The notes beneath the pieces are model-generated. The model did no database searches. It was not told where the DNA came from and saw nothing but the letters and a program-made list of their open reading frames with translations. Made by a program: the position numbers and the translations under genes. Positions 37,525-41,465 of a stretch of 41,465 nt of DNA are shown here, in pieces (the stretch's first letter is position 1; each line of letters starts with the position of its first letter). The DNA comes from Lachnospiraceae bacterium (lineage in GTDB: Bacteria; Bacillota; Clostridia; Lachnospirales; Lachnospiraceae), in NCBI GenBank assembly GCA_045593945.1, contig JAZNXQ010000256.1:1-41465 (forward strand), written 5' to 3'.

Positions 37525-39873
37525 ATGAAAATTACAGGGACTATACCTTACGAATATAAGAACGCACCGATTCCGGGTGGGGGCTATGTGACGGGACTCA
37601 TTTATCATAGGAAGCAGCCGGGAATTCTTTATGCAAGAACCGATATAGGCGGTACCTACAGATTTAATAATGAAGAGCAGAAATGGGAGAGTCTGATTAA
37701 CCATGTAACGATGGAAGATTTGTCGGAAACGTATCCTATTGCATTGGCACTTGATGATAAGTGTCCTGAGAGACTTTACATAGCGAGTGGTATTACTGAG
37801 AACGGTTATGGCGTGTTAAGTATATCCGAAGATTTTGGAGAAACTTTTACATATAAGAGGATTCCTGCAACTGTTCACGGGAATATGAGCGGTCGCGGAA
37901 CGGGCTACAGACTTGTGGTTGATAATAACGACAGTAATACACTATATTTCGCAAGCCAGAAGAATGGTCTTTTAAAAAGTGCAGACCGTGGAGACACATG
38001 GACAAAACTTGATATAGACGAGGATTATATGACTTTTGTATGGGTGTCGGAAGATTCTAAGACGATTGTTGCGGGAACGGCAGGTTATATAACAAGGATT
38101 GATGACGGTTTGAGAGGGCATAGCCTGTATGTTTCCTATGACGGCGGTGAGAGTTTTGAAAAGCTTATGCAGCCTGAAAATGTAATTATTGAAGACAGTA
38201 AAATGAACGGCCTTGTGGCTTCGCGCTATGACTATGACGGAAAATATCTGTACGTGACAATGCAGTCCACGGGACGTTGGAATTACATTGTTGATATGGG
38301 TTACAGTTGTGATACGGGAGATACTCTTGGCGGCAAGGTTTTGCGTTATAGATTTAAGGACGGTATAATCACGGGATATGACGATATTACTCCGGATGGA
38401 GAAGGAAGACTTACCACAAAGTATCTTAATTACGGTTTCGGAGGAGTCTGCTCCTGTCCTGCTAAACCGGGACTTCTTGTGTGTTCTACACTGTGTAAAG
38501 AAAAAGAATCGCCGGAGTGTATATATATTTCTGAGGATTACGGTAACAGTTGGCGAATCAGTTTAAGAGGTTTGGATGAAGGAGACATATACTTCAGAAC
38601 CTCTTACATGCAGCCAAAGTATAATGCAGGAGAGAGTCTTCTTCACTGGCTTAGTGATGTTAAGATAGATCCATTTAATCCAAACAAGCTTTGGTTTAAT
38701 TCAGGAACGGGAGTTTTTACGACTGATGAGCTTCTCTCGGAGCATCCGAAGTACCACGATTATTGTGACGGTATAGAGGAAACAGTGCATCTTAATGTTT
38801 ATGCTCCGCTTGCAGGAGAGGTAAAGCTTGTGGACATTGTTGGTGACTTGGGAGGTTTTGCGTTTAGGGATTTGACAAAACCTTGCGACAATTCATTTGA
38901 CGATAAGGACGGTAACCGTTACATAACCTGTATCAATGCGGATATGTCGGATGCAGACAGTAACCTTGCGATTGTTACGGCAAGAGGTAACTGGAAAGGG
39001 AAGACAAAGGGCGGTCTGATTAGAACCAGGGATAATTTTAAGACCTTTGAAAGAATTCCAATGCCTTTTGGAATAAATGATAAAATTGATACAGCACTTA
39101 AATTCATTGAGCACCCCAATGTTAATCCGGGCTGGGTTGCCATGTCACCTGACGGGCAGAATATTGTCTGGTCGATTGCGGATATGATAAGACTTCCGGC
39201 GGATATGGTTATTGTAAGCGGGGATGCAGGTAAGAGCTTTAAACAGGCTGAGATTTTTAACATTTGCGAAAGTAAGGTTACGACCGGATTTTTTAAAGTA
39301 TTTTCAGACCGGATTGATAATGATGTCTTTTATGGTTTTGACGGAGAAGGACATATATATGTAAGCTTGGACGGCGGCTTTTCGTATTATGAGAAGCAGG
39401 TGTGCGCAAGGAACCGTGCAGGTGTGTCAATCGATTTTCCGAAGAGTGATTTCGGGTATATTGATACGGCCAATAAAACAGAAGTCAGAGGCGTATCGGG
39501 TGTAAAAGGCTGCTTTTATATGGCACTCGGTAGGGGCGGTTTGTGGAAGCTTGAGTTTAATAAGGAACAGGATAAGTTCGATGCGATAAGGCTTTCAGAG
39601 GATAAGGAAGAGTGTTATTGCATGGGAATAGGTCTCGGCGCAAAAGACGGTAATTATATAAGTGCTACAAAAGCAATTTATTTTTGCGGAATTGTTGACG
39701 GTAAGTATGGTTTTTACAGAACTTTTGACGAGGGTGAGACCTGCGAAAGAATCAACACTGATAAGCAGATGTTCGGTCAGATTATAAGTATTGATGCTGA
39801 TAAGAGAGCGTTCGGACGGTTTTTTCTGGCGTCCGGCTCAAGAGGTGTGTTATTCGGGTGTGAGAGTGAGTGA
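37525..39873 (+). CDS. GH74-family xyloglucanase / oligoxyloglucan hydrolase-like protein (no signal peptide)
   Basis: N-terminal YEYKNAPIPGGGYVTGLIYHRKQPGILYARTDIGGTYRF is GH74-typical. Multiple Asp-box/BNR repeats are present (SEDFGETF, SADRGDTW, SYDGGESF, SEDYGNSW, SGDAGKSF, SLDGGFSY). Confidence 0.8.
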   Translation: MKITGTIPYEYKNAPIPGGGYVTGLIYHRKQPGILYARTDIGGTYRFNNEEQKWESLINHVTMEDLSETYPIALALDDKCPERLYIASGITENGYGVLSISEDFGETFTYKRIPATVHGNMSGRGTGYRLVVDNNDSNTLYFASQKNGLLKSADRGDTWTKLDIDEDYMTFVWVSEDSKTIVAGTAGYITRIDDGLRGHSLYVSYDGGESFEKLMQPENVIIEDSKMNGLVASRYDYDGKYLYVTMQSTGRWNYIVDMGYSCDTGDTLGGKVLRYRFKDGIITGYDDITPDGEGRLTTKYLNYGFGGVCSCPAKPGLLVCSTLCKEKESPECIYISEDYGNSWRISLRGLDEGDIYFRTSYMQPKYNAGESLLHWLSDVKIDPFNPNKLWFNSGTGVFTTDELLSEHPKYHDYCDGIEETVHLNVYAPLAGEVKLVDIVGDLGGFAFRDLTKPCDNSFDDKDGNRYITCINADMSDADSNLAIVTARGNWKGKTKGGLIRTRDNFKTFERIPMPFGINDKIDTALKFIEHPNVNPGWVAMSPDGQNIVWSIADMIRLPADMVIVSGDAGKSFKQAEIFNICESKVTTGFFKVFSDRIDNDVFYGFDGEGHIYVSLDGGFSYYEKQVCARNRAGVSIDFPKSDFGYIDTANKTEVRGVSGVKGCFYMALGRGGLWKLEFNKEQDKFDAIRLSEDKEECYCMGIGLGAKDGNYISATKAIYFCGIVDGKYGFYRTFDEGETCERINTDKQMFGQIISIDADKRAFGRFFLASGSRGVLFGCESE

Positions 39874-39937
39874 ATTTGCGAAGCAAATTTGCTCGGAAAC
39901 GCAGTTTCCCATAGAGTGAGTGAATTTGCGAAGCAAA
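39864..39937 (+). repeat. 25-nt direct repeat (two copies, 49-nt period) spanning the GH74 stop codon
   Basis: agagtgagtgaatttgcgaagcaaa occurs at 39864-39888 and again at 39913-39937. Each copy contains the small palindrome tttgc-gaa-gcaaa. Confidence 0.85.
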
Positions 39938-39951
39938 GTTAGGAGGCAATT

Positions 39952-41465
39952 ATGAATATACAGATAGAGAATAACAAAATAATAATAGGCAACGGCAAGC
40001 AGACACTTTGGTTGGAGCCGTGGGGATATAATTCTTTTCGTGTCCGTATGACGGGTGAGGCTGTTATGGATGGTAATGACTGGGCGCTTACGGAAAAGGT
40101 TGAGGAATGTATACCGGAGATAACAGTAGAAGAAATTGACACTACGGACCCGTGGTATGCATCAGAGGAATACTCCAAATATCATCAGACAGGTAAGGTC
40201 TACACTGTAAAGAATGGTAAGATAACGGCAAAAATCAGTCCGGAAGGATGGATTAGCTACTACAATCAGAGGGGCGAGCTTTTGACGGAAGAATACTGGC
40301 GTAACCGTAACCGTATCAACCGTTACTGCGTGCCGATTCGAATTGATGCAAGGGAGCTTAAGCCGATTCAGGGAAGCACGGATTTTGAGCTGACTATGAG
40401 GTTTGAGGCATTTGATGACGAGAAGATTTTCGGAATGGGTCAGTATCAGGAAAAGCACATGGACAAAAAGGGTGCAACACTTGAACTTGCTCACCGTAAC
40501 AGCCAGGCAAGTGTTCCTTTTATGATTTCAAGCAGAGGCTATGGTTTCTTTTGGAATAATCCTGCTATAGGTACGGCAACCTTTGCAACCAATAAGACGG
40601 AATGGTATGCAAAGAGCACTAAGAAATTGGATTATTTTATTACTGCAGGGGATACGCCTTTTGAGATAGAGGAACAGTATTCAGCGGCAACAGGAAGAAC
40701 TCCCATGATGCCGGAGTATGGCCTCGGATACTGGCAGTGTAAGCTTCGTTACCGCACGCAGGATGAGATACTTGCGGTTGCGCGTGAGCATAAGAGAAGA
40801 GGGCTCCCGATGGACGCAATCGTGGTGGATTTTTTTCACTGGACAATGCAGGGAGACTTTAAGTTTGAGCCGAGAGATTGGCCCGATCCTGAGGCAATGG
40901 TTAAGGAACTTAAGGAGCTGGGCATTGAGACGGTTGTGTCTGTATGGCCGACTATCGATGAGCGAAGCGAAAACTTCGGAGAGATGAACGATAAGGGTTA
41001 CCTTGTGACACCTGACAGAGGTATGGCTTATCACATGTCATGGATGGGCAATACTGTATTTTATGATGCGACACATCCCGGCGCTCAGAAGTTTGTTTGG
41101 GAGAAATGCAAGGAGAATTATTATAAAAAAGGTATTAGATGTTTTTGGCTGGATGAGGCGGAGCCGGAGTACGGACCGTATGATTTTGACAATTACAGAT
41201 ATTATGCAGGACCGGCGCTTCAGTGCACGAATACATACCCTGTAGGCTATGCAAAAGGCTTTTATGACGGTCTTAAGGCAGAAGGTGAGACAGAGATTTT
41301 AAGTCTTGTGCGCTGTGCATGGGCAGGAAGCCAGAAATATGGTGTGCTCACATGGTCGGGAGATATTCATTCGTCTTTCAGAGCGATGAGAGAGCAGCTT
41401 CAGGCGGGACTTAATATGTGTGTTGCAGGTATTCCGTGGTGGACTTCGGATATAGGCGGTTTCCT
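39952..41465 (+). CDS. GH31 alpha-xylosidase-like glycosidase (3' end outside the window)
   Basis: My own translation of frame +1 from the ATG at 39952 (AGGAGG 6 nt upstream) is open to the window end. It reads MNIQIENNK...GMGQYQEKH...FWLDEAEPE...WSGDIHSSF...WWTSDIGGF, the canonical GH31 catalytic-region motifs. It is not in the ORF track because no stop is reached. Confidence 0.85.
   Translation, partial: MNIQIENNKIIIGNGKQTLWLEPWGYNSFRVRMTGEAVMDGNDWALTEKVEECIPEITVEEIDTTDPWYASEEYSKYHQTGKVYTVKNGKITAKISPEGWISYYNQRGELLTEEYWRNRNRINRYCVPIRIDARELKPIQGSTDFELTMRFEAFDDEKIFGMGQYQEKHMDKKGATLELAHRNSQASVPFMISSRGYGFFWNNPAIGTATFATNKTEWYAKSTKKLDYFITAGDTPFEIEEQYSAATGRTPMMPEYGLGYWQCKLRYRTQDEILAVAREHKRRGLPMDAIVVDFFHWTMQGDFKFEPRDWPDPEAMVKELKELGIETVVSVWPTIDERSENFGEMNDKGYLVTPDRGMAYHMSWMGNTVFYDATHPGAQKFVWEKCKENYYKKGIRCFWLDEAEPEYGPYDFDNYRYYAGPALQCTNTYPVGYAKGFYDGLKAEGETEILSLVRCAWAGSQKYGVLTWSGDIHSSFRAMREQLQAGLNMCVAGIPWWTSDIGGF

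Noticed and set aside
39939-41245. Track ORFs 39939-40178(-), 40162-40494(-), 40640-40846(-), 40681-41034(-), 40718-40987(+) and 41063-41245(+)
   Set aside because: All overlap the open-ended +1 frame starting at 39952. That frame translates into a clean GH31 glycosidase, so these are shadow ORFs.
1-41465. CRISPR arrays, rRNA genes and known defence-system genes
   Set aside because: No regularly spaced repeats, rRNA-like sequence, or nuclease/helicase/methylase defence signatures were seen in the window.

Overview
The window looks like a low-GC Firmicutes chromosome, probably Clostridia or Lachnospiraceae-like. That placement is an inference from gene content and order.

Gene content by region:
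- 1-12.4 kb: the conserved rpmG-secE-nusG-rplK-rplA-(L10 leader)-rplJ-rplL-rpoB-rpoC block. A HisJ/PHP-family phosphatase sits between rplL and rpoB.
- 12.5-25.8 kb: mixed housekeeping and accessory genes.
  - A cytoplasmic glycosidase-like protein.
  - An intramembrane HisKA_3 kinase with a NarL-type regulator.
  - A ZTP-riboswitch-controlled split purH (AICAR formyltransferase-only) plus PurO-type IMP cyclohydrolase operon.
  - A CotS-like kinase, a degenerate-GGDEF/EAL protein, a CvfB-like S1 protein and a CPBP protease.
  - A YjfB-like small protein, an orphan MsmK/MsmX-type sugar ABC ATPase and a PucR-type regulator.
- 25.8-33.6 kb: a cell-envelope neighbourhood. It holds ftsE-ftsX, a coiled-coil M23 peptidase, an S41 Ctp protease and MurT/GatD, where GatD appears to lack its glutaminase Cys and His. 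On the opposite strand lies a second coiled-coil M23 peptidase plus a bactofilin.
- 37.5-41.5 kb: a leaderless GH74 xyloglucanase-like protein and a 3'-truncated GH31 alpha-xylosidase-like gene. The ORF track misses the GH31 gene because it runs off the window.

The most unusual locus is an AT-richer minus-strand cassette at about 33.7-37.4 kb. It encodes three proteins:
- A fusion of a PqqD-like (RiPP recognition element) domain to an HPr-kinase-like P-loop domain.
- A 165-aa Cys/His-rich protein with a lantibiotic-like acidic leader (ILDLDI) and a C-terminal CxxxCxxCS. It has its own consensus promoter and is followed by a leaky terminator.
- An ABC exporter with no peptidase domain.

I read this as a candidate RiPP-style modification and export system acting on a protein-sized substrate. 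No rRNA, tRNA, CRISPR array, transposase or integrase was recognised.
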